Part shown: positions 1 to 10,047 of the stretch, in pieces
Position numbering within the stretch: the first letter of the stretch is position 1
Layout of the letters: each line of letters begins with the position of its first letter
Source of the DNA: Microgenomates group bacterium
Lineage (GTDB): Bacteria; Patescibacteriota; Microgenomatia; Daviesbacterales; UBA10151
Direction of reading: 5' to 3'
Assembly: GCA_041659805.1 (NCBI GenBank)
Contig: JBAZXP010000001.1
Span: 320,589-384,588, forward strand
DNA length: 64,000 nucleotides
The notes under the pieces: generated by a model
What the model saw: the letters and a program-made list of their open reading frames with translations, nothing else
Database searches by the model: none
What the model was told of the DNA's origin: nothing
Translations under genes and position numbers: made by a program

Positions 1-189
1 GGAAATGCCAGGGTTGTGGTAGCTTTAGTGCCTTTGGCAGAAATGGGTGGTTATGCAACAGCTATTCGATCAATGTCACAAGGAAGAGCCACATATTACA
101 TGGAAGCTGATCATTATGAACCAGTGCCATCAAATGTCACTCAAAAAATCATAGCAGATTCAGGCTTCACAGGTAGAATCGAGCACTAG
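1..189 (+). CDS. fusA: Elongation factor G, C-terminal end (partial, 5' truncated by window edge)
   Basis: Frame 1 translates to ...[53 protein letters not shown], the typical EF-G C-terminus. It lies directly upstream of tuf, in the conserved str-operon order. Confidence 0.85.
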   Translation, partial: GNARVVVALVPLAEMGGYATAIRSMSQGRATYYMEADHYEPVPSNVTQKIIADSGFTGRIEH

Positions 190-280
190 AAAATAAACTA
201 TTGCTTTTTTTTTGCATGTTTGGTAAACTATTCTCTACCAGCTGGAAGAAAGCTGGCTTTTTAAAGGATAAAACAAAAAA

Positions 281-1465
281 ATGGCAGACGCAAAAAAATT
301 TGATAGATCTAAACCACACGTTAACATTGGTACAATGGGCCACGTTGACCATGGAAAAACAACCTTAACTGCAGCTATTACAAAAGTACTCGCTTCCAAA
401 GGTTTAGCAGAAGCACGTTCAATTGATCAAATTGATGCAGCCCCAGAAGAAAAAGCCCGCGGTATTACAATTAACATTTCGCATCAGGAATATGAAACAG
501 AAAAAAGACATTATGCTCATATCGACATGCCAGGTCATGCTGATTACATCAAAAACATGATCACCGGTGCTGCTCAAACAGACGGTGCGATCTTAGTTGT
601 TTCTGCTCCAGATGGTCCAATGCCACAAACCAGAGAACACATTTTACTTGCAAAACAAGTTGGTGTTCCGGCAATTGTTGTTTACATGAATAAAACTGAT
701 CAGGTTTCTGATCCAGAACTTCTTGATTTGGTTGAAGAAGAAATCAGAGACCTTCTTAAGAAATATGAATATGATCCACAATCTCCAATCATCCGAGGCA
801 GTGCTAAAAAAGCTCTCGAGGGGGACGCAGAAGCTATAAAATCAATTGAAGCCTTGATGGATGCAGTAGATGAATGGATTCCAACTCCAGTAAGAGATGC
901 AGACAAACCATTCTTAATGGCTGTTGAAGACGTTTTCTCTATTAAAGGTAGAGGAACAGTTGTTACAGGAAGAATTGAAAGAGGAAAGATTAAAGTTAAT
1001 GAAGAAATTGAAATTGTCGGAATCAGACCAACAAAGAAAAGTGTTGTTACCGGTATTGAAATGTTTCATAAATTACTTGATGAAGGTCAGGCAGGAGACA
1101 ATGCAGGTATTTTACTTAGAGGAATTGAAAAAGATGATGTTGAACGCGGACAAGTTTTAGCTAAAACAGGTTCAATTACACCTCACTCTGAATTTGAAGC
1201 TGAAATTTACGTTCTTTCAAAAGAAGAAGGTGGAAGACACACACCATTTTTCAAAGGATACAGACCACAATTTTATGTCAGAACAACTGATGTGACTGGA
1301 GAAGTTATTTTACCAGAAGGTGTTGAAATGGTTATGCCAGGAGATACAACTAAAATTACAGCTAAACTTATTACACCTGTTGCTATGGAAGAAGGACTTC
1401 GATTTGCTATCCGCGAAGGTGGTAAAACAGTCGGAGCCGGAGCTATTACCAAGATAATTAAATAA
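281..1465 (+). CDS. tuf: Elongation factor Tu
   Basis: 394 aa with [18 protein letters not shown] and NKTD GTPase motifs; full-length EF-Tu. Confidence 0.97.
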   Translation: MADAKKFDRSKPHVNIGTMGHVDHGKTTLTAAITKVLASKGLAEARSIDQIDAAPEEKARGITINISHQEYETEKRHYAHIDMPGHADYIKNMITGAAQTDGAILVVSAPDGPMPQTREHILLAKQVGVPAIVVYMNKTDQVSDPELLDLVEEEIRDLLKKYEYDPQSPIIRGSAKKALEGDAEAIKSIEALMDAVDEWIPTPVRDADKPFLMAVEDVFSIKGRGTVVTGRIERGKIKVNEEIEIVGIRPTKKSVVTGIEMFHKLLDEGQAGDNAGILLRGIEKDDVERGQVLAKTGSITPHSEFEAEIYVLSKEEGGRHTPFFKGYRPQFYVRTTDVTGEVILPEGVEMVMPGDTTKITAKLITPVAMEEGLRFAIREGGKTVGAGAITKIIK

Positions 1466-1492
1466 TAATTATCTAATAATAGATAAGATAAA

Positions 1493-1520
1493 GAGGGCGA
1501 AAAGCCCTTTTTTGTTTTTT
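1493..1520 (+). terminator. Rho-independent terminator after tuf (GGGCGAAAAGCCC stem then T-run)
   Basis: GC stem-loop gggcgaaaagccc followed by ttttttgtttttt, 28 nt after the tuf stop. Confidence 0.5.
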
Positions 1521-1569
1521 AAGCACAATTTGTGTTAAAATACTAATTGCACTTTGATAGGAAAAAATT

Positions 1570-1878
1570 ATGGCTAAAGGACGTATAAGAGTCAAATTAA
1601 AAAGTTATGATCATCGGGTACTCGATTCAACAGTCGAGCAACTTTTGGATACTGCTTTGCGAACTGGTGCCAAAATTGTCGGTCCTATCCCACTTCCTAC
1701 TAAAACTACCAGATTTACGATGCCACGTTCTCCTTTTACAGATAAAGACTCTCAGGAAGCTTTTGAAATTAAAATTCACAAAAGATTAGTTGAAATTGTA
1801 GAGCCAACAGATAAAACTATCGATAGCTTAATGCATCTTGAATTACCTGCAGGCGTGGACATTGAAGTGAAGATGTAA
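1570..1878 (+). CDS. rpsJ: 30S ribosomal protein S10
   Basis: 102 aa, MAKGRIRVKLKSYDHRVLD... is the typical uS10 sequence. An upstream TAAAAT-like -10 sits near position 1540. Confidence 0.95.
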   Translation: MAKGRIRVKLKSYDHRVLDSTVEQLLDTALRTGAKIVGPIPLPTKTTRFTMPRSPFTDKDSQEAFEIKIHKRLVEIVEPTDKTIDSLMHLELPAGVDIEVKM

Positions 1879-1948
1879 TCTACTTTGATGAAGGAAATTC
1901 CTCAACCTTCTTATGCAAGTCTTAAGATTTTATAGGTTGTTTTTCCTC

Positions 1949-1978
1949 TTGCTTTTTGAGGCTGGTTCGTGCTAAAAT
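1949..1978 (+). promoter_or_regulatory. Sigma70-like promoter inside the rpsJ-rplC spacer (TTGCTT-N18-TAAAAT)
   Basis: ttgctt at 1949-1954 and taaaat at 1973-1978; read by eye only. Confidence 0.3.
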
Positions 1979-2062
1979 TAACAGACAACAAAATATATTT
2001 TCAGTAGATCGCGCGTCGAGTTTTAAAAGATACGGCGATTTCAAAAGAAAGCGAGATACTGA

Positions 2063-2101
2063 GTGAGAAGCCTAAGAGCAGTCGAAGGCCTCACTTTTTT
2101 T
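2063..2101 (+). promoter_or_regulatory. Attenuator or terminator-like hairpin 17 nt upstream of the rplC start codon
   Basis: GUGAGAAGCC...GGCCUCAC stem with a 14-nt loop, followed by a U7 tract at 2095-2101. There is no room for a promoter between it and rplC. Confidence 0.4.
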
Positions 2102-2117
2102 GTGTTTAAATGAAAAT

Positions 2118-2900
2118 ATGATTAATACATTATTTGGCATTAAGAAAAATATGACATCCAGTTATGATGCCCGTGGCAGACGCACGGGAGTTACTGTTTT
2201 GGAAATTCAACCCAACATTGTGACACAAGTCAAATCAGTTAGTGGTAAAGATGGTTACAACGCTGTGCAACTTGGCATTGGTTCCAAAAAATCTACAAAA
2301 AAACCTCAAATTGGTCATGCTAAAGCAGCTGGGGTTGACCAAAAAATCAGATGGTTTAGGGAAGTTAAAGAAAAAATTGATATCGAACCAGGAACCTTAA
2401 TTGAACTTGGAAAAATTTTTGCCAAAGGGGATGCAGTTAAGATAACAGGAATTTCCAAAGGAAAAGGTTTTCAGGGTGGTGTCAGACGTCATGGTTTCCA
2501 CGGAGGACCAAAAACTCACGGTCAATCAGACAGACACCGCGCTCCGGGTTCAATTGGATCAGGTACAACCCCAGGACGTGTTTTAAAAGGTAAAAAAATG
2601 GCAGGTCATATGGGAAACGAAACTTCAACAGTCAGTAATTTGGAAGTAATTGAAGTTAAAAAAGCAGAAAATTTATTGATTGTTAAAGGTGCAGTTCCTG
2701 GATATGTGGGTGGTTTAGTCCAAATTACTAAAACAGGCCATATTAAAGGTTATACACCACCTCCTGAAGAAAAACCTGAAGAGGAAGAAGAATCAGAAGA
2801 CCAGAAGACCGGAGAATCAGCTGAATCAGTAACAGAAAATGTAGAGACACCAGTAGAAAGTGTTGAAGTAGAGACGGAAAAAGGAGAAGAAAATGCCTAA
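2118..2900 (+). CDS. rplC: 50S ribosomal protein L3 with an acidic C-terminal tail of about 50 aa
   Basis: MINTLFGIKKNMTSSYDARGRRTGVTVLEIQP... is uL3. The start was moved to the ATG at 2118, in frame with the track ORF. The C-terminus PPPEEKPEEEEESEDQKTGESAESVTENVETPVESVEVETEKGEENA is not typical of L3. Confidence 0.93.
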   Translation: MINTLFGIKKNMTSSYDARGRRTGVTVLEIQPNIVTQVKSVSGKDGYNAVQLGIGSKKSTKKPQIGHAKAAGVDQKIRWFREVKEKIDIEPGTLIELGKIFAKGDAVKITGISKGKGFQGGVRRHGFHGGPKTHGQSDRHRAPGSIGSGTTPGRVLKGKKMAGHMGNETSTVSNLEVIEVKKAENLLIVKGAVPGYVGGLVQITKTGHIKGYTPPPEEKPEEEEESEDQKTGESAESVTENVETPVESVEVETEKGEENA

Positions 2901-3651
2901 AGTTGTTAAAGAAAAAAAGGTTGAAGTAAAAAAAGCAGCAGTGAAAAAAGAAGCAGCTCCAAAAGTAGCTGTCAAGAAAACAGCTCCGAAATCAGAGGCT
3001 GTTAATTTGAATGTTCCGATGCTTGGTCTTGACGGAGGCAAAGAAGGAACTCTTGTGCTTCCTGCAGGAATATTTGGTGCTGAGATTAATAAAAAATTAT
3101 TATCACAAGCTCTCCGAGTTTATCTTAATAATAATGCCGGCCATTATTCCAACACAAAAACCAGAGGTGAGGTTAAAGGTTCAACCAGAAAAGTAAGAAT
3201 GCAAAAAGGTACTGGAGGCGCAAGACATGGGGCAGTTAGAGCCCCTATTTTTGTCGGTGGAGGAATTGCGCTTGGTCCGAAATTCAGAAAAACAGAATTA
3301 GAATTACCTAAAAAAATGAGAAAAGCAGCTTTGGTTAGTGCTTTATCTGCCAAAGCCGCTGATGCCGAAATAATGGGAATTACCGGACTTGATAAATCAA
3401 CAGGAAAAACAAAAGAGATGGTGACATTTTTAGAAAAAGCAAATTTAAAAAATGTTTTGATAGTTATTTCCGAAAAGAATGAAAAGTTACAAAGAGCAGT
3501 TAAAAACTTAGAAAAAGTCAGCTCAACTCTTGCTTCTCAAGTTGATCTTTTAGAACTTACAAAATTCAAAAATATTATGTTTACAAAAGATGCAATTACG
3601 TCTTTGCAATCAAGAATCGAAAAGACACAGAAAGTAGGGGTAGCTAAATAA
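2893..3651 (+). CDS. rplD: 50S ribosomal protein L4 with a Lys/Ala-rich N-terminal extension
   Basis: Core ...KGTGGARHGAVRAPIFVGGGIALGPKFR... is uL4. The N-terminal 40 aa are KKxxVKK repeats. Confidence 0.93.
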   Translation: MPKVVKEKKVEVKKAAVKKEAAPKVAVKKTAPKSEAVNLNVPMLGLDGGKEGTLVLPAGIFGAEINKKLLSQALRVYLNNNAGHYSNTKTRGEVKGSTRKVRMQKGTGGARHGAVRAPIFVGGGIALGPKFRKTELELPKKMRKAALVSALSAKAADAEIMGITGLDKSTGKTKEMVTFLEKANLKNVLIVISEKNEKLQRAVKNLEKVSSTLASQVDLLELTKFKNIMFTKDAITSLQSRIEKTQKVGVAK

Positions 3652-4061
3652 TGAATATTATCAAAAGCCCGATTATTTCTGAAAAGTCATTAGGAGACGC
3701 AAAAGATGGTTTCTATACTTTTGTAGTTGAAAAATCTGCCAGAAAACAAGAAATTGCCAAAGCAATTGAAGAAAGATTTGATGTTAGTGTAATTGATATA
3801 AATACTTCAAATTACAAAGATGAAAAAAGACAACAAAGAAGAGTCAGATCAAGCTACACAGTAACTGGCTTCAAAAAAGCTGTTGTAAAACTAAAAAAAG
3901 GACAAAAGATTGGGTTATTTGAAGCAGAAACAGCAGAAGTTGAAACAGCGGGATCAATTGAAGGTGAGCCAGTTGTTAAAGAGAAAAAAAGCATGCTTAA
4001 AGGAACAAAAGTAAAAATTGAAAAAATGGAAGATAAGAAAAAGAAAGAAGGTAAGGATTAA
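3651..4061 (+). CDS. rplW: 50S ribosomal protein L23 with a C-terminal charged extension
   Basis: 136 aa versus about 95 typical; the position between rplD and rplB and the N-terminal region fit uL23. Confidence 0.88.
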   Translation: MNIIKSPIISEKSLGDAKDGFYTFVVEKSARKQEIAKAIEERFDVSVIDINTSNYKDEKRQQRRVRSSYTVTGFKKAVVKLKKGQKIGLFEAETAEVETAGSIEGEPVVKEKKSMLKGTKVKIEKMEDKKKKEGKD

Positions 4062-4882
4062 TGGCACTGATTAAATATAAAGAAAAAACAAAAACCAGAA
4101 GGTTTGCGTCCAAAATGGAAAAACCTAAGAAAAATAAAAATGCTATCAAAAGCTTATTATCCATTTTGCAAAAACACTCTGGTCGATCAAAAGGCACTGT
4201 CACTGTCCGTCATCAGGGTGGAAGACATAAAAGATATTACCGTGAGATTGATTTTAAAAGAAATAAATTTGGTGTAGAAGGAACAGTTTCCGCAATCGAA
4301 TATGACCCAAATAGAAACGTTGATATAGCTTTGATCAAATATTCAGATGGGGAGTATCGTTATATTTTAGGATTAAAAGGATTAAAGGTTGGAGATAAAA
4401 TTGAGTCAAATGAAAAGGTAGAAGTAAAATTAGGAAATGCTATGAAACTAAAAAATATTCCAGTAGGAACTCAGATCCATAATGTTGAACTGACACCAGG
4501 CAAAGGTGGACAATTAGGTCGTTCTGCAGGGACGTCCTTAACCTTGCAAGCAAAGCAAGCTCCTTACGCACACTTGAAACTTCCTTCAGGAGAGATTAGA
4601 ATGGTTTCCCTGGAAAGTTTAGCAACTGTTGGTGTTTTAGGTAATGAGGAATATAAAAATATGGAACTTGGTAAAGCCGGTCGCAAAAGACATATGGGTA
4701 TTAGACCAACTGTTAGAGGAACGGCCCAAGACCCAGGCTCACATCCACATGGTGGAGGAGAAGGTAGATCTGGTATAGGACGTAAGAAACCAATGACTGT
4801 ATACGGACGTCCTGCTGTTGGTAAAACAAGAAATAAAAAGAAACTTTCAGGTAAAATGATTATAAAGAGGAGAAAAAAATAA
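4061..4882 (+). CDS. rplB: 50S ribosomal protein L2
   Basis: 273 aa; ...[19 protein letters not shown]...HPHGGGEGR... are uL2 motifs. Confidence 0.97.
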   Translation: MALIKYKEKTKTRRFASKMEKPKKNKNAIKSLLSILQKHSGRSKGTVTVRHQGGRHKRYYREIDFKRNKFGVEGTVSAIEYDPNRNVDIALIKYSDGEYRYILGLKGLKVGDKIESNEKVEVKLGNAMKLKNIPVGTQIHNVELTPGKGGQLGRSAGTSLTLQAKQAPYAHLKLPSGEIRMVSLESLATVGVLGNEEYKNMELGKAGRKRHMGIRPTVRGTAQDPGSHPHGGGEGRSGIGRKKPMTVYGRPAVGKTRNKKKLSGKMIIKRRKK

Positions 4883-5167
4883 ATGTCTAGATCATTAAAA
4901 AAAGGACCATACATTGATAAAAAATTGCTTGAAAAAATAATGAAGCAAAAAGACGGTGGGAAAAAAGACCCAATAAAAACCTGGGCTAGGGCATCTCAAA
5001 TTTCACCAGATTTTGTTGGGCATACTTTTTTGGTTCATAATGGTAAAAACTTTATTTCAGTTTTTATCTCTGAATCAATGGTTGGTCATAGACTTGGAGA
5101 ATTTTCTCCTACTAGAACTTTTAGATCACATGGTAAAAAGACAGAAAAATCAGCAGCTAAGACCTAA
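4883..5167 (+). CDS. rpsS: 30S ribosomal protein S19
   Basis: 94 aa, [19 protein letters not shown]...HNGK... Confidence 0.95.
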   Translation: MSRSLKKGPYIDKKLLEKIMKQKDGGKKDPIKTWARASQISPDFVGHTFLVHNGKNFISVFISESMVGHRLGEFSPTRTFRSHGKKTEKSAAKT

Positions 5168-5178
5168 TAAATAAAAAT

Positions 5179-5565
5179 ATGGAAATAACATCAATACAAA
5201 AAAATATTCATAATTCACCTCGTAAAATAAGGTTAGTGGTAGATATGATCAGAAATATGAAACCAGCTACTGCTGTGACTCAGTTGCAATTTACTAATAA
5301 AGCTGCAGCCTTGCCCGTTGCAAAAGCTATCAAAACAGTTTTGGGAAATGCTAAAGAACAAAAATTAGATGTTAATGAAATGATCTTTAAAACAATTGAA
5401 GTTAATGAAGGTTTTAAAATGAAAAGATTCAGAGCTGGAACAAAAGGTAGATCAAAACCTTATGTAAAAAGAACCAGCCAATTAAAGATTGTTTTAACAA
5501 ACGAAGTAAAAGAAGTAAAACCGGTCGCAAAAAAAGAAGGAGATAAAGCTAAAAAAGCTGAATAA
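5179..5565 (+). CDS. rplV: 50S ribosomal protein L22
   Basis: 128 aa; ...SPRKIRLVVDMIRN... and its operon position. Confidence 0.92.
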   Translation: MEITSIQKNIHNSPRKIRLVVDMIRNMKPATAVTQLQFTNKAAALPVAKAIKTVLGNAKEQKLDVNEMIFKTIEVNEGFKMKRFRAGTKGRSKPYVKRTSQLKIVLTNEVKEVKPVAKKEGDKAKKAE

Positions 5566-5567
5566 CT

Positions 5568-6212
5568 ATGGGAAGAAAGATTAATCCAATCAGTTTTAGA
5601 ATGGGTGGAACAACAACTTGGCAATCAAGATGGTTTGCCATGGATAAAAAATACAGACAGTATGTCTTAACTGATATTAAGATAAGAGATATTTTGATGA
5701 AAAAACTTAGACCTGCTGGAATTGTAAAAGTGGAAATTGAAAGAGCAAGCAATAAATTAAAAGCAATTATTTTTGTGGCCCGACCCGGTGTTTTGATCGG
5801 ACGTGGTGGGCAGGGATTAACTGATTTGAAAAAATTCTTAATGAAAGAACTTGCTATTAAAGATGAAAATGCTTTGGAAATAACTCCGATGGATGTCCGT
5901 GCTCCTGATTTGTCTGCATATTTAGTTGCTCTCAATGCGTCAGAACAATTGGCCAAGAGATTACCGGCTCAAAGAATTATGAATCAAACAGTTGATCGAT
6001 GTATGAGAGCAGGGGCTAAAGGAGTCAGGATTGTATTATCAGGTCGTATCGGTGGAGCAGAAATTGCCAGACGTGAATGGAAAGCACTAGGCACAATGCC
6101 GCTTCATACCTTAAGACAAGATATTGATTATGCATCAGTTCCTGCTTTAACAAAATCAGGTTATGTCGGAGTTAAAGTTTGGATTAATCGTGGAGAGGCG
6201 GAGATCAAATAA
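5568..6212 (+). CDS. rpsC: 30S ribosomal protein S3
   Basis: 214 aa; MGRKINPISFRMGGTTTWQSRWFA plus a KH domain. Confidence 0.95.
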   Translation: MGRKINPISFRMGGTTTWQSRWFAMDKKYRQYVLTDIKIRDILMKKLRPAGIVKVEIERASNKLKAIIFVARPGVLIGRGGQGLTDLKKFLMKELAIKDENALEITPMDVRAPDLSAYLVALNASEQLAKRLPAQRIMNQTVDRCMRAGAKGVRIVLSGRIGGAEIARREWKALGTMPLHTLRQDIDYASVPALTKSGYVGVKVWINRGEAEIK

Positions 6213-6626
6213 ATGGCATTATTAGTTCCAAAAAGAGTTAAACATAGAAAAACCTTCCGCGGTAAAAGAGGAGGGGTAGCCCTTCGTGGAAATGAATTAA
6301 ATTTTGGAACATATGGATTGAAAGTGGTTGACCGTGGTTGGATTACATCAAGGCAAATTGAGGCTGCCAGACGTGCTGTGACCCATTTTACAGCCCGTGG
6401 AGGAAGATTATGGATCAGGATCTTTCCTGATAAACCGGTGACTAAACATCCAGCTGAGGCTAGAATGGGATCAGGTAAAGGAGATGTTATCGGTTATGTA
6501 GCAGTTGTTCGACCAGGTAATATCATTTTTGAGATAGGTGCGGTATCATTTGCAACTGCACAGGAAGCTTTAAGACTGGCAGCTCATAAACTGCCGTTGA
6601 AAACTAAATTTGTGATAAAGGAATAA
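6213..6626 (+). CDS. rplP: 50S ribosomal protein L16
   Basis: 137 aa; [21 protein letters not shown]... Confidence 0.95.
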   Translation: MALLVPKRVKHRKTFRGKRGGVALRGNELNFGTYGLKVVDRGWITSRQIEAARRAVTHFTARGGRLWIRIFPDKPVTKHPAEARMGSGKGDVIGYVAVVRPGNIIFEIGAVSFATAQEALRLAAHKLPLKTKFVIKE

Positions 6627-6631
6627 TATAT

Positions 6632-6886
6632 ATGAAAAAAAACGATTTTAATGAAATTAAAAAAATGGATACAAAAAGTTTAGCTGAGAAAGCTTTAAAA
6701 ATTAAGGAAGAAATTAAGGGTTTAGTAATCGATAAAAATATGAATAAAATGACAAATTTAAAAACAATTAAATTTAAAAGAAATGAGTTAGCTAAAACTT
6801 TAACAGTATTGCAGCAAAAACAATTATTGGAAAAATTAGAGAAGATAAATATATCAGTTAAAGAGGAGGAAAAAGCAAATGCCTAA
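6632..6886 (+). CDS. rpmC: 50S ribosomal protein L29
   Basis: 84 aa coiled-coil protein, ...KSLAEKALKIKEEIKGL..., in the canonical position. Confidence 0.85.
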   Translation: MKKNDFNEIKKMDTKSLAEKALKIKEEIKGLVIDKNMNKMTNLKTIKFKRNELAKTLTVLQQKQLLEKLEKINISVKEEEKANA

Positions 6887-7337
6887 AAAAGTGAAAAAAG
6901 AAGAAATGAAAACAGAAGAAAAAGAAACTATGAAAAAACATCAACAAGTTTTTAGAGGTAGAGTAGTTTCTGCAAAAACCAAACAGACTGCAACTGTTTT
7001 ACTTGAGAGTAGAAAAACACATCCTTTATACAAAAAATCTTATGCACAAAGCAAAAAGTTCTTAGTTCATGATGAATTGGGTGTTAAGGCCGGAGATATT
7101 GTAGAAATAGTTAAATGTCGACCAATTTCAAAGAACAAACATTTTACAATATTAAAGGTTGTGGGTCGTGATATTGAGGCAATTGTGACAGAAAAAATTA
7201 ACGAGGATGTCAAAAAAGCTATTGAGGAAGTTATACCAGAAAAATCAGAGGATCAGAATATCGGCGAATCAGCAGAGCAAAAAACTAGTGTGCCGACTAG
7301 CCGAAAAACTGACAAACCGAAAAAGGAGACTAAATAA
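6879..7337 (+). CDS. rpsQ: 30S ribosomal protein S17 with N- and C-terminal extensions
   Basis: Core ...[29 protein letters not shown]...[17 protein letters not shown] is uS17. At 152 aa it is longer than the usual ~85 aa. Confidence 0.9.
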   Translation: MPKKVKKEEMKTEEKETMKKHQQVFRGRVVSAKTKQTATVLLESRKTHPLYKKSYAQSKKFLVHDELGVKAGDIVEIVKCRPISKNKHFTILKVVGRDIEAIVTEKINEDVKKAIEEVIPEKSEDQNIGESAEQKTSVPTSRKTDKPKKETK

Positions 7338-7705
7338 TGTTACAGCACAGATCAACAGTTAAAGTAGCAGATAATAGCGGAGCTAAAATGCTGATGGTTA
7401 TTCAACCATTGGGTGGATCAGGCAAAAGAAAAGTTGCTTTGGGAGAATTATTTGTTGGTGTAGTTAAAGGAGCAACTCCTAACGGACAGGTTAAAGATCA
7501 TGAGATTGTCAGAGCAGTTGTTGTTAGGACTAAAAAAGAGAGAAGAAGAGATGACGGTTCTTACATTAAATTTGATGAAAATGCAGTGGTGATAATTGAT
7601 AAAGACGGAAATTTACGTGCCACACGTGTGTTTGGTCCGATTGCCAGAGAAGTTAGGGATAAGGGATTTACTAAAATTGCGTCGCTTGCACCGGAGGTAT
7701 GGTAA
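7337..7705 (+). CDS. rplN: 50S ribosomal protein L14
   Basis: 122 aa; [17 protein letters not shown]... Confidence 0.97.
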   Translation: MLQHRSTVKVADNSGAKMLMVIQPLGGSGKRKVALGELFVGVVKGATPNGQVKDHEIVRAVVVRTKKERRRDDGSYIKFDENAVVIIDKDGNLRATRVFGPIAREVRDKGFTKIASLAPEVW

Positions 7706-8032
7706 ATGAAAATACAAACAGGAGATAACGTAAAAATATTATTAGGAAAAGATCGGGGAAAAATCGGAAAGGTTTTGCGTGTCTGGACTAAAGAAGACAA
7801 AGTTTTGGTTGAAGGAATAAATATGTATAAAAGACATGTTAAAAAAACAGCACAACATGAAGGAGGAATTTTAGATATTCCGAAACAAATAAATATTAGT
7901 AATGTTGCGCTTGTCTGTCCGGAATGTAAAAAACCAAGCAGAATCGGTGTGATTTTCGAAGGGGAAGTAAAGTCAAGAATTTGTAAAAAATGTAAAGAAA
8001 AAATAACAATTAAAAAGGAGAAGAGCAGATGA
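7706..8032 (+). CDS. rplX: 50S ribosomal protein L24, C-terminal Cys4 (CPEC...CKKC) variant
   Basis: 108 aa with a KOW motif, GDNVKILLGKDRGKIGKV. The C-terminal CPECKKPSRIG....RICKKCKE sits where L24 usually has DPKTGK...AKKSGE. Confidence 0.9.
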   Translation: MKIQTGDNVKILLGKDRGKIGKVLRVWTKEDKVLVEGINMYKRHVKKTAQHEGGILDIPKQINISNVALVCPECKKPSRIGVIFEGEVKSRICKKCKEKITIKKEKSR

Positions 8033-8586
8033 GCAGATTAAAGGATAAATATCTAAAAGAAGTGTTGCCGAAATTAAAAGAAGAATACGGAATTAAAAAT
8101 CATATGGCTGTTCCTAAATTGCAAAAAATTGTGATTAATGTCGGCATGGGAGACGCTAAAGACAATAAAGAAATCGCTCAAAAAGTGGTTGAAAACCTGA
8201 CAGCTTTAGCAGGTCAAAAACCAGTAACTACTGTTGCTAAACAATCCATTGCTGGCTTTAAACTTGGAAAAGGCAATCCAATTGGAGCCATGACAACTTT
8301 AAGAGGTGAAAGAATGTACGATTTCCTGGATAAACTTATCAGTATTGTTTTGCCAAAGGTAAGAGATTTTAGAGGAATTTCAAACACCTCATTTGATTCA
8401 CGCGGAAATTACACTTTAGGATTACCTGAACAATCTATTTTTCCGGAGATAGCCTTTCAAAATGTAGCGTTAGGGAGTAAAATGAGAGGCTTGGAAATTT
8501 CTATAGTAGGTAACAGCAAAAGTTTAGAACAAGGAAAAAAGTTATTAGAACTTTTAGGAATGCCTTTTAAAAAGGAGAGTAAGTAA
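8029..8586 (+). CDS. rplE: 50S ribosomal protein L5
   Basis: 185 aa; ...NHMAVPKLQKIVINVGMG... is uL5. Confidence 0.95.
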   Translation: MSRLKDKYLKEVLPKLKEEYGIKNHMAVPKLQKIVINVGMGDAKDNKEIAQKVVENLTALAGQKPVTTVAKQSIAGFKLGKGNPIGAMTTLRGERMYDFLDKLISIVLPKVRDFRGISNTSFDSRGNYTLGLPEQSIFPEIAFQNVALGSKMRGLEISIVGNSKSLEQGKKLLELLGMPFKKESK

Positions 8587-8589
8587 TAT

Positions 8590-8769
8590 ATGGCAAAAAC
8601 CAGTAATGTTGTTAAAGCAAAAGAAAAGTATCCTGTTAGGTATCATTCAAGATGCCAAAGATGCGGAAGATCAAGATTTGTCTACCGAAAATTCGGTTTG
8701 TGTAGGCTTTGTTTTAGGGAACTTGCTAATTTAGGACAATTGCCGGGAGTAAAGAAATCGAGTTGGTAA
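8590..8769 (+). CDS. rpsN: 30S ribosomal protein S14, type Z (zinc-binding)
   Basis: 59-aa ORF below the track cutoff: [59 protein letters not shown] with CxxC...CxxC. Confidence 0.9.
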   Translation: MAKTSNVVKAKEKYPVRYHSRCQRCGRSRFVYRKFGLCRLCFRELANLGQLPGVKKSSW

Positions 8770-8775
8770 AAATAT

Positions 8776-9150
8776 ATGGATAAAGTTGGAGATTTATTAA
8801 TTAGAATAAAAAATGGATACATGGCCCGTTTACACGAGGTGTCTGCACCATACTCAAAATTAAGTACAGCTATTTGTAAACTCTTAAAAGAGGAAGGTTT
8901 TATTGAAGATTTTAAAGCAGGCGATCGAGATATTGTTATTAACTTAAAATATATGGACAGAAAACCTGTTTTGACAAACGTTAAAAGAATTTCCAAGCCC
9001 GGTAAAAGAGTTTATAAAGGCAGCAAACTAATCCCGAGAGTTTATAACGGATACGGATTTGCAATTATTTCAACACCAAAAGGTATCTTATCTGATAAAC
9101 AGGCACGAAAGGAGGGCGTAGGCGGAGAAATCATGGCCTACGTTTGGTAA
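8776..9150 (+). CDS. rpsH: 30S ribosomal protein S8
   Basis: 124 aa; ...ISTPKGILSDKQARKEGVGGEIMAYVW is the uS8 C-terminus. Confidence 0.95.
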   Translation: MDKVGDLLIRIKNGYMARLHEVSAPYSKLSTAICKLLKEEGFIEDFKAGDRDIVINLKYMDRKPVLTNVKRISKPGKRVYKGSKLIPRVYNGYGFAIISTPKGILSDKQARKEGVGGEIMAYVW

Positions 9151-9152
9151 AT

Positions 9153-9710
9153 ATGTCCCGAATAGGTGATGCACCAATAACCATACCAAGTGGCGTAAAT
9201 ATAGAAATTACACCTTCAAGGGTAACTGTCACCGGTCCTTTAGGTGAACTTAACATGGAATATTTGCCAAAAGTAAAAGTTGAAGTGGTAGATAATCAGG
9301 TTATTGTTAAAAGAAAACATGAAGATAAATTCTCAAAATCTTTACATGGTCTGACCAGATCATTAATTAACAATATGATTATTGGGGTCGAAAAAGGTTG
9401 GGAGAAAAAATTAGAATTAGTTGGTGTCGGATATAAAGCAGCTGCAGTGGGTGAAAAACTTAGTCTTGCTGTTGGATATTCTCACCCGGTTGAAATTGCT
9501 ATGCCGGAAGGAATTAAGTTTGCTGTTACTGATAATACAAAAATAACAATTTCTGGAATCGATAAAATAAAAGTCGGACAAATTGCCGCTAAAATCAGAG
9601 ACGTCAGACCACCTGAACCTTACAAAGGAAAAGGAATTAGATATACCGGAGAATACATCAGAAGAAAAGCAGGAAAAGCAGGAAAGGTTGGAGCAGGAGC
9701 TGCTAAATAA
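9153..9710 (+). CDS. rplF: 50S ribosomal protein L6
   Basis: [15 protein letters not shown]... is uL6; the start was set to the ATG at 9153 within the track ORF. Confidence 0.93.
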   Translation: MSRIGDAPITIPSGVNIEITPSRVTVTGPLGELNMEYLPKVKVEVVDNQVIVKRKHEDKFSKSLHGLTRSLINNMIIGVEKGWEKKLELVGVGYKAAAVGEKLSLAVGYSHPVEIAMPEGIKFAVTDNTKITISGIDKIKVGQIAAKIRDVRPPEPYKGKGIRYTGEYIRRKAGKAGKVGAGAAK

Positions 9711-9714
9711 TCTT

Positions 9715-10047
9715 ATGAATAATAGACAAAGAAGACATTATAAAATAAGAAAACACGTGATCGGTACAGCTGAAGTCCCAAGATTGAGTGTATTCCGTTC
9801 TAACTCTCATATTTATGCTCAGGTTATTGATGATAGTTTAGGTAAAACTTTAGCATTTGAGTCTGATATCAAATCTGATGCAAAAACCAAAAAAGAAGAC
9901 AGAGCATTTGAAGTCGGTAAAAAATTAGCTGAGAAAGCTGCCAAAAAAGGAATTAAGAAAGTTGTTTTTGATCGCGGTGGATTTTTGTATCACGGAAGAA
10001 TTGCCAAAGTTGCTGATGGGGCAAGAGAAGGAGGACTGCAATTCTAA
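9715..10047 (+). CDS. rplR: 50S ribosomal protein L18
   Basis: [40 protein letters not shown]... is uL18. The track ORF start at 9583 overlaps rplF, so the ATG at 9715 was chosen. Confidence 0.9.
   Translation: MNNRQRRHYKIRKHVIGTAEVPRLSVFRSNSHIYAQVIDDSLGKTLAFESDIKSDAKTKKEDRAFEVGKKLAEKAAKKGIKKVVFDRGGFLYHGRIAKVADGAREGGLQF

Noticed and set aside
167-352. 61-aa minus-strand ORF overlapping the tuf start and upstream region
   Set aside because: It is antisense to the tuf 5' end and promoter, low-complexity, and unsupported by any motif, so it is spurious.
700-1160. ORFs 700..906 (-) and 924..1160 (+) inside tuf
   Set aside because: They lie wholly within the highly conserved EF-Tu coding sequence and are alternative-frame artefacts.
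9583-9714. Track ORF start for L18 at 9583, overlapping rplF by 128 nt
   Set aside because: The uL18 homology begins at MNNRQRR (ATG at 9715), and the upstream in-frame extension is just read-through of the rplF 3' end.
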